DNA of 63,590 bases, filler included, from Reclinomonas americana ATCC 50394 (taxonomy: Eukaryota), in NCBI GenBank assembly GCA_048213135.1. It is 5 parts of 4 records of this genome, joined end to end, with 100 filler letters (N's around TTAATTAATTAA, not from the genome) between each part and the next. Parts side by side here need not be neighbours in the genome. Positions count along the whole stretch, not along the records: positions 15,820 to 38,336 come from PS015888.1; positions 38,437 to 57,985 come from PS015888.1; 3 more parts are not named here. The stretch is one strand, 5' to 3'. The notes beneath the pieces are model-generated. The model had not been told where the DNA came from. It saw only the letters and a list, made by a program, of their open reading frames with translations, and did no database searches. A program made the position numbers and the translations under genes. Shown here piece by piece: positions 37,449 to 51,056 of the stretch (position 1 is its first letter; the number at the start of each line of letters is the position of its first letter).

Positions 37449-40400
37449 TTATGAGGGTCGAGCCGACGCCGCACCACCACTTCCACTACCACCTGTCGCC
37501 GCCGCGGCCGCCACCGACGGCACGGGGATCTTGAGCTCCTCGAATTTGTTGCGATACACGCGATTCTACGACACAGCAATGAGCATCAGCAGTCGATGCA
37601 TGCAGTGAGGGCGCGCGAACGTGCCTGTTCCACGGCCACCTGATGCTTGAGTTTCAAATCCTGCAACTGGCGGAAGAACTCGGGCGTAAAGGGTGCCAGC
37701 TCGGCACGCAACGCCTCGTTGTCCTCTTTGAGCTCCTCGACTTGCAGCTTGTGCTGCTCGAAAGCGTCGCGGATGGTGTGGTAGCGTTGTAGCAGCGATT
37801 CGTGTTCTGCGAGGAGGCAGGGAGACGGAAAGAAAACGTGAGCAAAGAAATTGATTGGGTTGTCTTTGCTTGTGCTGTCGCTGTCGGTCACTGTGCGCTT
37901 CCTCCCTTCTCGGTCACTGTGCGTTCCCTCCCTCTCGGTCATTGTGCATTCCCTCTCGGTCACTGTGCGTTCCCTCTCGGTCACTGTGCGTTCCCTCTCG
38001 GTCACTGTGCGTTCCCTCTCGGTCACTGTGTGTTCCCTGTCGGTCACTGTGCGTTCCCTCTCGGTCAGTGTGCGTTCCCTCTCGGTCAGTGTGCGTTCCC
38101 TCTCGGTCAGTGTGCGTTCCCTCTCGGTCACTGTGCGTTCCCTCTCGGTCAGTGTGCGTTCCCTCTCGGTCAGTGTGCGTTCCCTCTCGGTCACTGTGCG
38201 TTCCCTCTCGGTCACTGTGCGTTCCCTCTCGGTCACGTGTCGCGTTCGTACTACTTCGTAGTACGCGCTACCTTACTCGACGTTATACGCTTTCTTCTCC
38301 TCAGGCCAGCAACTCTCGGTCGGTCTCGCCGCCACCNNNNNNNNNNNNNNNNNNNNNNNNNNNNNNNNNNNNNNNNNNNNTTAATTAATTAANNNNNNNN
38401 NNNNNNNNNNNNNNNNNNNNNNNNNNNNNNNNNNNNTCTCGGTCACTGTGCGTTCCCTCTCGGTCACTCGTGCGTTCCCTCTCGGTCACTGTGCGTTCCC
38501 TCTCGGTCACTGTGCGTTCCCTCTCGGTCACTGTGGTTCCCTCTCGGTCACTGTGCGTTCCCTCTCGGTCACTGTGCGTTCCCTCTCGGTCACTGTGCAT
38601 TCCCTCTCGGTCACTGTGCATTCCCTCTCGGTCACTGTGCATTCCCTCCCTCTCGGTCACTGTGCATTCCCTCCCTCTCGGTCACTGTGCGTTGCCTCCC
38701 TCTCGGTCACTGTGCGTTGCCTCCCTCTCGGTCACTGTGCGTTGCCTCCCTCTCGGTCACTGTGCGTTGCCTCCCTCTCGGTCACTGTGCGTTGCCTCCC
38801 TCTCGGTCACTGTGCGTTCCCTCTCATCTCCATTCCCCTCCTTTCCCCTCTTTCCCCCTTCCCCATCTCCCTTCCCAACCTTTCGCCTGCGTGCCGTCAC
38901 CACCACTCAGCGCACGCGCCAATCGCTGACTCAGTTCCTCTCGCTCTCCCTTTAGCCGCTCCACTTGTCGAGAGAGCGCATCAAACTGTGCTCGGAGAAG
39001 AATTTCAGAATGACCAGCACGCGTAGAGAAAGCGCACACGAAAAACAAACCTCCATCGAGCGGTCGACAGACGAGCCAACACCAGCACTGTCCCCGGTTG
39101 ACGACTTGGCCTGCTCCAGCTGATCCACCGCACGTTGCAACTCTTGCTTCAGCTGCAATATCAACGCATTCTTGCGCTCAATGTCGCCGAGCTGTGCACA
39201 TTCAGGATTACAAGATGCATCTCGACGACCACGCAGAGCACCTTCCACACGAACCAGTCGCTGGCACTTTTCTTCGGAAGCCGCCAGTGCACGTGCATCG
39301 GCGGCACCTCCAGCAGGAGGCGCAGCACCTGCAGCACCGGCGCGAGCACGAAGTTCCCGTTCCTTGTCGCGCCACTCGTTCTCCTTGTCGTGCAAGCGCT
39401 GTCGGTAGGTCTCCGCCTCCAATTCCACACTGGTGACTTTCTGTGCCAGCGCCGCACGCTCGCGATCCCATTGTGCCCGCTCCGCGTTCAACTCGGCGAT
39501 GGCGTCCTTGTTCCTCCGCATCGCTTGCTTCTCGCCGCTCAGTTTTTGCTCCAGCTGCTGTTGCGCCTCGGTGGCTCTGCCGCGCGACGCAACAAAAGTA
39601 AGTCACCATTCTCCTCGTCTTCCCCTTCCCTCACAACAACATACCTGGCCAGCTTCTGCTGCAGTTCCTCGACCTGCGCACGCTTCTCCTCCAGCTGCTT
39701 CAGCTGTCCCTCCAGTGCCGCATTGGCGTCCTTGACAGCGCGCAGTTCACGCACCACCTGTTCGAGCGCCGAGTGAGAGCAATGCATGAATGAATGGAGA
39801 AAGAGGAAGCACAGCTGCGCACCGCCATGTGCTTGGAGGGCGGGACAGCATTCTTCTGCAGCGTGTCGTTCTTCGCCTGCAACTTCTCGACCAGCTTGCG
39901 CAGCGCCAGCACCACCTTTTCCATCTCCGACGCGCTTTGCTGGCCTGGAGGTGCTGCCGACCCGGCGGCCGACCCACTGGCACCTCCAGCACCCACTGCT
40001 CCTCCCGCTCCTCCACCAGTTGCAGTCTTTCGTTTGCCCGGGGCTGCATGCACGCATGATAAGCTTCACGGTCTCTGTCATCCTTGCAAGTGGCTGGTTA
40101 CCTTGATTAGCGATATCCTCGGCGTGGTCCTGCAGCGCAAGGTTGATGATCTCCAACTCACGCACTCGTCTCTCCAGGCGTGAAATCTGCCACAAGCCAG
40201 CCGTCAGCAAACCAAATCAAAACCCACATCACAACATCACTCTCTTTCCCTTCTCTCCTCCCCTGTCCCTTCTCCCTTCCCCTCCCTTTCCTTCCCTCAC
40301 TCCCTTTCCTTCCCCTTCCCTTCTCCCTCTCCCTCCCTTCACTTCTCCCTCCCTCCTCCCTACCTTGGCATCTCCCGTCTCATGCTCGAATCTCAACTCC

Positions 40401-43400
40401 GTGTTCTTCGCCTCCAGCTCGAGATTGCGTGCCTCGGCTGCGCGCAGACGCTGCTGCAGCACCTCCTCCTGCCGCAGCAACTGTGTGACACCGGCCTCGC
40501 CGTCGGTCGCAGCCTCAGCCGCGGCGGCCAGAGTGCGCGCCGTGGCACGTACTTCGGCGAGCTCCGTCTGTTCCACCAAAACAAGCGCATGTGAGACGCA
40601 CTTGACNNNNNNNNNNNNNNNNNNNNNNNNNNNNNNNNNNNNNNNNNNNNNNNNNNNNNNNNNNNNNNNNNNNNNNNNNNNNNNNNNNNNNNNNNNNNNN
40701 NNNNNNNNNNNNNNNNNNNNNNNNNNNNNNNNNNNNNNNNNNNNNNNNNNNNNNNNNNNNNNNNNNNNNNNNNNNNNNNNNNNNNNNNNNNNNNNNNNNN
40801 NNNNNNNNNNNNNNNNNNNNNNNNNNNNNNNNNNNNNNNNNNNNNNNNNNNNNNNNNNNNNNNNNNNNNNNNNNNNNNNNNNNNNNNNNNNNNNNNNNNN
40901 NNNNNNNNNNNNNNNNNNNNNNNNNNNNNNNNNNNNNNNNNNNNNNNNNNNNNNNNNNNNNNNNNNNNNNNNNNNNNNNNNNNNNNNNNNNNNNNNNNNN
41001 NNNNNNNNNNNNNNNNNNNNNNNNNNNNNNNNNNNNNNNNNNNNNNNNNNNNNNNNNNNNNNNNNNNNNNNNNNNNNNNNNNNNNNNNNNNNNNNNNNNN
41101 NNNNNNNNNNNNNNNNNNNNNNNNNNNNNNNNNNNNNNNNNNNNNNNNNNNNNNNNNNNNNNNNNNNNNNNNNNNNNNNNNNNNNNNNNNNNNNNNNNNN
41201 NNNNNNNNNNNNNNNNNNNNNNNNNNNNNNNNNNNNNNNNNNNNNNNNNNNNNNNNNNNNNNNNNNNNNNNNNNNNNNNNNNNNNNNNNNNNNNNNNNNN
41301 NNNNNNNNNNNNNNNNNNNNNNNNNNNNNNNNNNNNNNNNNNNNACAAACACACACACCCCACAATGCACGAAACTGTCGCTGCCTCGAGGCGGCGAGTC
41401 AACGACTGAATCTCGGCCGGCTTGTCGACCTCGGCAATCTGCACGCAAAGACGTCAGAGCCGCGCATTCCCACCATTCACATGCCACCACACGCGCTGAG
41501 CGGCCTTCACCTTTTGGAGCCTGCTGATTTCTCGCTCAAGGTCTGAAACACGCTGCCGCGCCCCGGAAATGTTCGACAGCTCGGCCAAGTCCACACGCGG
41601 CGCCAGCGAAGGCACACCGCGGCCTTGCTGCTGTTGCTGCAGTTGCCGTCCGAGATCCGAGACGCGAGTCTGCATATCGTCGCGCTCGCGCGTCAGTCGC
41701 TCAATGGTGCGTCGATCCTCCTCGCGGTCTTTGTTGGCCTGCTCCAGCATGTGTTTCTGCACGCGCGTGCGCCACGAATTCAGACAATAACAGTGCTGAT
41801 AATGATTCGCACCAGCTGGATACACACCTTTTCGTCGACCTTGGTCTTCAAAATCGCCAGCTGCCGCTGCATCTTCTTCTCCAGCTCCCATCGCTCAAAG
41901 GCACCTTCGGGGGTTGGACGACTATCGTCAGCTCGTAACACACAAGAAGAGCGTGAGAGAGACACACAATCCACTCACTCTCTTGATCGCCAGCCTTCGC
42001 CTCCTCTGCAGGTCGACTACTCGGTCGATCCTTGCTAACGGCCATCTCCAGCCGTCTTTCCGAGTCGTGCAACTTGGCGGCGAGGCGCTGGTTCTCATTC
42101 TCGGCCTCGGTGAGTTGACGTTGCACCTGTGCACATACAGAGATAGAGAGGGTGAGGTTGGCAGAGTGACGCTTCTCATTTGAACACGCACACACAGTCA
42201 CCTGCGACAATGTGGCATCCAACGCGCGCTTCTCCATGCGCAGTCTCTGCACCTCTCCATCGCCCTTTTCCGTCGACTGCCGCAGTCGCTCCAGCATCTC
42301 ACTCGACATTTCCTCTCGCTCCTTCAGCAGTCGTGTCTATCAACACACACATTGTGAGCAGTGCAAAGACAACAACGGAGGGGGGAAGCCACATCACCAT
42401 CTCGCGCTTCGACTCGGCCACTGCCGTCTTCAGTTCGCGTTTCAGCTGTTCGACCTCGGCGCGCGCATCGCGCTCCGCCGCATGCTCCTTCTCGTTCACA
42501 TGCTGCAGCTCACGCTGCAGCTCGGCCACACGTCCGGCCAGCTCCTGCTTCTCTCCCTGCAGCCGCGTCACCTCCACCGTACTGGTGCTCTTCAACTTGG
42601 CCTCAAGGGTCTGTGTCGCACATAAATCGCTGTCAGCTACCGACCCGCACAACTAGCCAGCGAGCCGAATAAACAGCACACACACCTTGACGCGAGCCTC
42701 CAATTCACGAATGCGCTTCTCCTTGAAGGTGACCAAGCGGCGCTCTGTGACACGAGTGCGATTTGTCAGATCAGATCACTCTCTGAAGTCATCTCCCCTT
42801 GTTCCTCACCCTTCTCCAGCTCGGCCTCCATGGCACCACCCCACCGATCACCTCCGTTCGGCGCACCACCAGCGCCGGCACCGGCACCATCACGCTGCTT
42901 GGGTGCACTGAGCGGCCGTCGCGGCTCTGCTCCCGTCTTCTTGGCTGGCGACACCGCCTTGCCGACCAGCCGATGGAACAATCGCTTCTCGTCACCAGGA
43001 GCATCCGCCGCCGCAGCAGCAGAGGCGTCACCACGCTGGCTCGACAGCTGACGATCACTGTTCGGGGCCGAGCGTGCTCCCGACATGTCTTCGCTGTCGT
43101 CGTCGTCGTCGAAGGCACCACCGTGGATCCCACCGGTCACGCCCGGTCTGCGAGGGAGACCGGAAGGAGCCAGACTCAGCAACTGGGGTGGCTGCTGCTG
43201 CTGTTGCTGCTGTTGTTGGGGCGGTTGTTGCTGCTGCTGCGCCGGTGCTGCAGTGGTAACTTCACCACCGCTGGAGGCTCCAGTGGCGCCACCGGACGGT
43301 GCCAGGTTCAGCGGTGGCACAGCGGGCGGCTTGCCTCTACGCAGCACATATCCATGTGACTCGAGTGAGTGGGAAGAGAAACAAGAAGAGACGAGGACGC

Positions 43401-46400
43401 GGTGCCGACAGACCGTGCTGACGGCTGTCGAGGTGATCGCCGCTCCCGCTCGAGTTCAGTGCGCAGTCGCGCCAGCTCGTCATTGAGCGCACGATTCTTG
43501 CCTTCGGCCACCGCGAGCTCCGCCTCCAAGCTGTAACACGTGGCAACCCTGGTCAGCAATGCGCAGGGATAAGAGGGAGCTGTGCGTGACATCACCTCTC
43601 AATTCGCTTCTTGGCGGTGCGCATCTTCCTCGCCGACACCATGCCACTTGGTGGTGCCGCTGCGGACGCGCTGCATAGACACCACAACAACATTCAAACA
43701 CTGTTGTCAAGGCGCTCTCTCTTTCTCCATCTATCGCACACCTGTCAGTCGCCGCCTTTGTCACTGCCGTGTCGGCCGCATGCTGAATCAAGTGTTGCTT
43801 CAACTCGGCGAGCACCACCAGCAACTGCTTGTTCTTTTGCTCACTGCACAGACGAGGTGGTGAGTGCATTAAATCACCACGCATGCATGAAAAGAGAGTG
43901 CACACCTGAGGTTCAACTCGCGCCGCAGCTTGGTCATCTTCTCCCGCATACGCGCAACATCGTCACCGCCGCCAGTTTCCGAGTCACCAGCGACAGACGA
44001 GGGCGCCGCTCGCTGCGGAGTGTTGCCGCGCACAATCGTGTTTTGCATCGGTGACAGTGCCACACTTCGCTGACTGCGCGCCGGCGATGCAATGCCCTGT
44101 TCCTGGTACATGTCGCTCATGGTGCCGCGCAGCGATGCGATCTCAACCTTGGCCGCCATCAGTTCTTGTTCAAGTTGCTGTGCGTGCGGGAGGGAGTGAG
44201 CACCGACAAGCACGCACAGGCACTCACATGATATCGCACCTGATTCATCGTCCGGTTCACAATCACCTCCTGTTGCAGGTGCGAGATCTGCTCATCCTTG
44301 TTGGAGAGCGAGGCGTGGTGCTTTTCCACAGGAACGCCAATCTGTACAACGCCAGCATCAACACCACGGTGGTTTCGTTTAGTCTATACAGAAACGATGG
44401 ATAGCACGCACACACACAGTACCTGCTGCACAAGACGGGTCGGTTCACCAGCACGCACATCGGCACCAGCACCGGGATCCACGGCACGTAGAATGGAGTT
44501 GAGACGCTGGAAGTTGTCTTGCTGCTCCCGCCGCAGTTGCGCCTGTGGTCCCGTCACAGTGAAAACCGGAACGCGACACTGATAACAAACACAATTACAC
44601 ACCGCCAACGCGTCAACTTCCTCGTCGTGTGCGGCCTTTTGGCGCATCTGCTCCTCTCGCGCAGCCTCCAGCAACGCCTTGTACCTACAGCAGTAACCGC
44701 GTGAGTGGCGAGTGCACGGAGGGTGACAGCAGGCTGCTTCACGAAACGTATTGATGCCCTCCTCCTTTTTGCGCAACAGCGCGTGAAGCGTGTCGAATGC
44801 CGCCTGTGCTGCACCACTGAGCTGCAGCTTGCTGGCGGTGCTTTGCGTCAGCTGCAAGGTGAATGGCGGTGAGCAGCAAGCAATGTCCAAGCAGGGGAAA
44901 ACCACGCACAGAAAACGCTGGATTGGTGGCGCTGGCCTCGCTCTGCGCCTGCTGCAAACGCGAGCGCAGCTCCATGACCTCAAAGTCGCGTTGTTGCACG
45001 CGAGAATTCAGTTCCTGTTTTTGAAACAGTCAGTCTAGGTGACGCTCAGCTACTAGAAGTGAGCAGTGGAGACGCACCCGAATCTGGTCACGCAAGTCCT
45101 TGATCTCGCGCATTCGCTGTCGATCCTGAGTATGACACGAGGGATGAGCTGTCTGAAGAAACAATCTTTTCACGAAGTGGGGGGAAAACAAACCAATGGA
45201 GATGGTGATCCGGGGCTCATGGGCCCGGCATGGCCGCCGTGAGCGCCGGCTCCTGCATGCATGCTTCCCGCGGCCGACTCCTCACGCAGACGTAAAATCT
45301 CGCGCTCCAGCTCCATCATGGCGCACGAATGATCGTCACGCTCCCGCTCCACCTCACTCTCCATGCTCGCCTGCACGAGCCGCGAGTGAGCAACATGCAC
45401 ACACACGAGGCAAGCCCAGCCAACAATCACTCACCAACTGGTGCTCACAGCGCTCCAGAGCAGTCTCCTTGGCGGTGAGTCGCTGGTGCAGGATCTCGAC
45501 TTCGTGCTCCAGCTCGGCAACGCGGCGTTCGGCACGACGACCAACTAGGCGCACCTGATCGAGCTTCTCCTGATTCTGTCGCAGCTGCCGCAGTGCTCCA
45601 GAGCTGTCACCCTGCTCCGCTGCTTGCACCAGAGCGGCCAGGCGTGACAGTTCTGCTTGCGTCTGCGCGCGCACACATGCATGCATTGGTACCTCACATG
45701 GCACCACAAGGAAACATGAAAACACACAAACCTCCTCCTTCTTCCGCTCCACATCCTCGCGCGCCTGCTGCAACGACGTGCGCTCCATGTCGAAGCGCTC
45801 CGCACTGAGGAAAGCGTCGCGCAGGGCCTCCGTGAGATCGTCACCATTCGCCATGCCCTCCGGGAGAGCCACTTGCAGATCTGTGCACTTTGTCAGTCAC
45901 CTTGCCCCTCTCCTCCCCCCTTTCCCCATCACTGTCCCATGCACGCAACTCTTGAGCTTATCCTGCGCCGCCTGCAACTGCTCTCGCATTTTCGAGTTTC
46001 TGCTCGCCACTCTGCAGTCAGGCACACGAGCGCGCACCACATCTCAGCCCGCCACGGTGAAAAACGCACCTGTGATACGCGCGCACTCGCAGCTCGTGCA
46101 AATGTCGCATGTTGACGCTCTCGTGCGCACGTAGGCGGAGGATCTCGGCGGTGAGATGCCGAATGTCGCGCGTCTGCTGCTCCTCGCGACCGAGGGCGTC
46201 GACCAAGTTCAATCGGGTGTGATTCAGCATTTCGCGCACCTCCACCACCAGCCGATCACTCTCCGTTTCGCTGCGCAGCTGCTCCAGGGCCTCCTCGTAC
46301 TCGCGCCGCTGCGCTTGCATCACGCGAGTCAGCGATTCGACTGCCTTTTGCACGTCGGCCGTGTGCTGCGCCGCAAACTGCATCTGCCGACTCTCGCTCT

Positions 46401-49400
46401 GCAGGCGGATGTTGGTCTGTCGCAAGTTGTCCACCTCGTCGCGAAGCAGAGTGCTCTCCTCCACCGTCAGGCGGTGCTGGTTGAGAGACATGATGATGAG
46501 ACACGTGGAGAGGCTGTCAGGTGATGCATGAACTCTGTACAGCGCACCTCGAGATCCTTCTGCAACTCGGCCACCCGCTGCGCCTCCTCCTCCAAGCGGT
46601 CTTGGAGTCGCAACACCGACGACTCCCAGTACTTGGTCAACTGCACACAAGCGACTCAGTCCCGCAACCACATTACCATCAGCCGCACACACACATACAC
46701 ACACGCAACATCTATGTGCGACGCGCCAGTGGGGTCGCTGGCCGAGATCAGTCGCTGCAGCTTCAACACATAGTCACGCTCACGCATTCGCAGCTCGGCG
46801 AGTGCAGTCGTGGTCGCCTCGTGGTCCGCCAGTAGCCGCTCGTGCTGCAAGCGCGGAACGCCCTTGTCGACGAGGGTCTGCAAGTAGCGGGCACGCGTCT
46901 CCGCCTCCACCAACGATCGCTCCGCGTCACCCACGCGACGGCGCAAGTCCAACTGTGCGCAATGCGGCAGTCAGCACAAAGATCCAGTGACAGACAGCTA
47001 CCACTGTCGCAACTTCACGTTGGGCGGCACGTGTCCTCAGGCCCGTGTTCTCGTTGTTGGCTACCTTGTGCAACTCGGCCAATCGAGCATACCGCCGCTT
47101 CAGCTGGCTGTCCTCGATGCGCATGGTCGTCATCTTTCGCGTGAGCTGTGCAGGCAAACACGGATGAAACGTGAGCGCACGCAACACCCACTTCCCCATG
47201 TGCATCGCTCCTCACCTCGCCCAGGCGCTTCTTGATGGTGCCTTCGTCGCTCGCGTCCAGCACACCCAGCAGCCGCTCGAACTCCGCCACTTTGATGCCT
47301 GCAGTCGCCGTCAGCAACACCGAACACGGAGAGAGAGAGAGAGAGAGAGAGTGAGTGACAACGCACGGCTCTCGGCGACCTCGTCCACACAAGTGTCGCG
47401 CTCTGACTTGGCCTGTTCCAGCTCGGCCATCAGCTGTCGCACGTCGGCAGTAACCTCGGAGTCTCCTCCCCCGCCGACACCACCCGATTCACTGATGGTG
47501 AAATCATCCTCGCCCTGCATGATGACCTGGGTGGCGCGCTTGTCGTCCTCGACTTCGCTGTAACTCGCTCCCGTCGCCGCATTCGATGAAACCTGTCGCA
47601 GGACCGGCTCGCCACGACGAGCCCTCGTGTCCATGCGCACCGTCTCCTCCAGCTCGGCAATGCGCTGCTGCAGGCGCAGTACAAGCGCTTCCTTGCGATC
47701 ATTGTCGGCGATCAGTGCCTGCAGATTCTTCTTCGGCGACAGAACTTGCATCGCATCTGCGCGGCACTGAGAGTCAGGAGACCGTGGGGGCGAGGTAGGA
47801 GGAAGAATGCTGATCACCAACCGTGCGCGTCGGGATGTTGCTGCAAGTGTGCCTGTAGGCGCTGTTCCAGCTGGTCGCGCTCCATCTGTGCCGAGGCCAG
47901 AGCGCCGGCATCGCGCTCCAGCTGCCGCATGCGATCCAACATGTTCTGCATGAAGAAGACGCACACATCAGGCGAAGGATACCAACAGCAATTGTGACGA
48001 CAACGAACAAGCTTCTCAAGCTCCCACTGATGCCTCTCCTCCGTGTACTTGCGTTGCTCCTCGACAGTGCGTCGGGCGTCCTCGAGGCCCGAATGGATCT
48101 GCGCCGACTGGATCGCTCGGAGCACAGTGTTGAGAGCTGTCACGTGTTGTACAATGTCAGTGCAAGAGAAATCACCGCAAGTCCGCGTGCACACACACAC
48201 ACACAGAGTAGTGACCTGAATCGTCTCCGGGCGACTTTGGTCCCATCGGCGGCGCAGGCATGGCTGTGAGGACCGATCGCAACGCCGCATTCTCCTCCTT
48301 TAGTGCCTCGAGTTGAACCTGCTCCCAGACGAACAGTGAGTACTGCGCTCGCAATTGTGCGTCATGCGACACAGATGCGCTGCGAACCTTGGTGTCGCGA
48401 ATGAGCTCCTCCAGCACGCTCAAGTTGGGCACACCGCCAGCTCCCTTCATGGTCACCATTTCCGGTGCAGCTATGGCAAGGAGCACGTGTGTCAGGACCA
48501 CCTCTCTCACTCAATACCTCACGCCGGAGAGAGAGCACCAACCATCTGTGTCGTAGGCCACAAACTTGGGAGCGCGTGTCTTCAATTCACCAGCCAGCTG
48601 ATCCACGAGACCTGTGGGGGAAAGGGTGAACTTCCACTCGCCAACTCGTATACTCAAAGAGAAGAGAGACGCAACGCTGACACTGATCGGCGCGACGTTG
48701 TGCGTCCAGTGGTGCATGACCCGCCTGCATGCGATTGACGATGCGCAGCTGGTCGGCAATCTCCTGCAACATAGCGTGCTGTGTGTGACTGACTCCCAGC
48801 TTCAGCGCCTCCTCGCCACGATTCAAGTTCTGTGCCACCGAGGAGACATATGTGAGAGGCACGTCTCAGAAACAACGTGGCACAGCCAGTCGGACTCGGA
48901 CCTTCATGCGACACTCGTCCATCCAGAAGCGCACATCCCGTTCCAACTGCTCAATGCGCTTCTGTCCGTGCTCATCCAACATGCGACGCTCCTCCTGCAC
49001 GCGCAACGCAATGAGTGAATGTCATCGACACAACACAACCCACTGCCTCCAACGCACCAGCTCTCGTCGCTGCTCCAGGTACATGCCCTCAGCATTGTAC
49101 TCCTCCTTCGGATTGAGACCGTGTCGTTGGCACAAGGCACGCATCTGCAGATCGAGCTTGTCGAGGTCTCGATTCCGCATGCTCAACTGATACGTGGCAT
49201 CCTGCAAGCGCGTACGCTGGAAGTCGACTTGCTCGTTCAGTCGGCTGATCTCATCGTGCGCCTCCTTCAGTCCGTACACGCCTGTCGAGGGATGCACGAG
49301 TGAGTGTCGGGAAGGAGCAGGTGTGTTTTTTCCACAAATACCTTGCTCGATCTGGCGCATTCGCGAATTGAGTTCCATGGCCTCCCGTCCGAGTTTGGCG

Positions 49401-51056
49401 TTCTCTGTGCGCAGCTCGCGATTCGTCTCCTCCAACTCATTCACGCGCTTGCTCAGCGAGTCCATTCGGTTCATGTGCTCTTCGCGCTGCCGCCAGCCGG
49501 ACGCGACGGCACCCGAGGGCGCCATGCCCGGCATGTCGCCGGCCAGCGAGGAGCCAACAGCACCGCCTCCCATGGTCATACCCGGGTGCGACTCCAGTGC
49601 GTCCTGCAACGCCATGTTTTCGTTCATCAGCTCGCGGATTTGTGCATCTGCGCAGAGTGGTGAGCGACACCAGCACTGTCGTTGACAAGAACATTGCGAT
49701 CACTCACCCTTCTCCGCCAGTGCCTGCTGCAAACCACTGGCTGCGGCACTCGATGCACCGCCGGGATTGGCGAGTGGTCGCTTGCGGATCTCATCCTCGA
49801 GTTCCGTCACACGTCGACGAGTCTCCTCCAGCTCGCCTGCGGCCTTTTGCTCTCGCCGCAGACCCGCCTCCAGATCGGCATCCTTGCGTGCGAGCACACG
49901 CGAGAATTCTTCGGCACTGCGCTTGATGGTGGTGTCGAGAGTCGTCTGCAGCTTGTCGTACTCCTCGCGTAGCTGCCTGCACCGTGAGCGCTCCTCCTCC
50001 AGCTCCTTCTGCAACTGGTCGGTGGCCGCCTCCAGATCGCCAATCGTCATATTCTTCTCCTCCAGCAGCGTGCCGAGACTGAGCAAATCGCGCTGCACAA
50101 TGGCCACATCATCCATGGCCACCACCCGCTGCGCCTCGGCCTCCTGCAACTTTTGCTGCAGATAGAATGCCTCCGCTTGCAGCTTGTCAATGGTGTGCAA
50201 GTGCTCCTCGGTCTGCTGCGCAGCACTGCTCTCCACCGTCTTCTGCTGCATCGTGCGCTGATGCAGCTGCTCATTCTGCCGCTGCTGCGTCTTCAGCTCG
50301 TCACGCACGAGATCCAACTCGCGCTGCACGTCGCCCAGCCGCGTCGTAGCACGTTCTTCCTTCTCCTGATACTCCATACGCTCGCGCTCCACCTGCGCCA
50401 GCTGCTCCTCCAACTCACTCCGTTCCTGCTCGTGCTGCTCCCGTGCCGCACGCAGCTGCTCGCCCAGCTCCTTCACCATGCCCGATTGATCAGCTACGTA
50501 CACACAAAGACAAGTGAGACACAGTAGCGACAAACATGCTTCACAGCAGCACAGAACTGAATTCGCGCAGGCGGATCTCCAGCGTGGCCACGTTGCTCGT
50601 CAGTGCCTCGTTCTGCCGATTGACAATCTCCAGCTCGTTCTGCAAATTCGTCTGCATCTTGGTGCGCTCATGCACCGCACGACTGTGGCGAAGAAAGACG
50701 ACACGTCATCGACAGAGGGCGCCAAGAGAGACTGTGAGACAACGCGACGAAACTACATGAGCAACTGCGCTGTTTGGAGCGCTCTGAAGATCGATTCGAG
50801 CTGTGTGGGCACCATCACACGCGGATCGATCTGGAACTGCCAGAAGATGCCCTCCAGCGTGTCCAGTGCGTCACGCGTGTTGCCATCGAGCTCCTCGTCG
50901 GCTTCCACTTGCTGTGAGCGCGATCGATCAGTCAGTCACACAGCGAGTGTGTGTGCGTGTGTGAAGGAGAGAGAGAGAGGGAAGGAGAGACGCAGCTGGC
51001 CATAGTTGCTCCGTGTCGATCAGCGCAAAGTCGTCTAACCTCAAGAACGACGACAT
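37449..51056 (-). CDS. CEP290: Centrosomal/transition-zone protein CEP290, about 45 exons
   Basis: Very long coiled coil; IEQ|GVYGLKEAHDEI (cf. YESGVYGLEDAV.EI); LREEQ|EERRMLIQHG; C-terminal LAPFTPEFFRQLQDLKLKH (cf. FDPSFFEEIEDLKYNY). Confidence 0.88.
37884..38824. repeat. 21-bp (variant 25-bp) minisatellite inside a CEP290 intron, spanning a gap
   Basis: More than 30 copies of cggtcactgtgcgttccctct and variants. Confidence 0.95.
38247..38336. other. Assembly artifact: degraded 454 paired-end (loxP) linker followed by mate sequence from ~30150-30196
   Basis: cgtactacttcgtagtacgcgctaccttactcgacgttatacg resembles CGTAATAACTTCGTATAGCATACATTATACGAAGTTATACGA. The following cctcaggccagcaactct..g..ggtc..cgcc matches the GT61 exon start about 8 kb away. 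It sits at a contig end. Confidence 0.75.

Noticed and set aside
38247..38336. loxP-like sequence plus a copy of a GT61 exon start
   Set aside because: Best explained as an untrimmed, low-quality 454 paired-end linker and its mate from about 8 kb away at a contig end, not a recombination site or duplication.
37884..38824. CRISPR-like array or (TERERTV)n protein
   Set aside because: Head-to-tail minisatellite without unique spacers, lying in a CEP290 intron of a eukaryote; the ORFs are by-products of a stop-free repeat.
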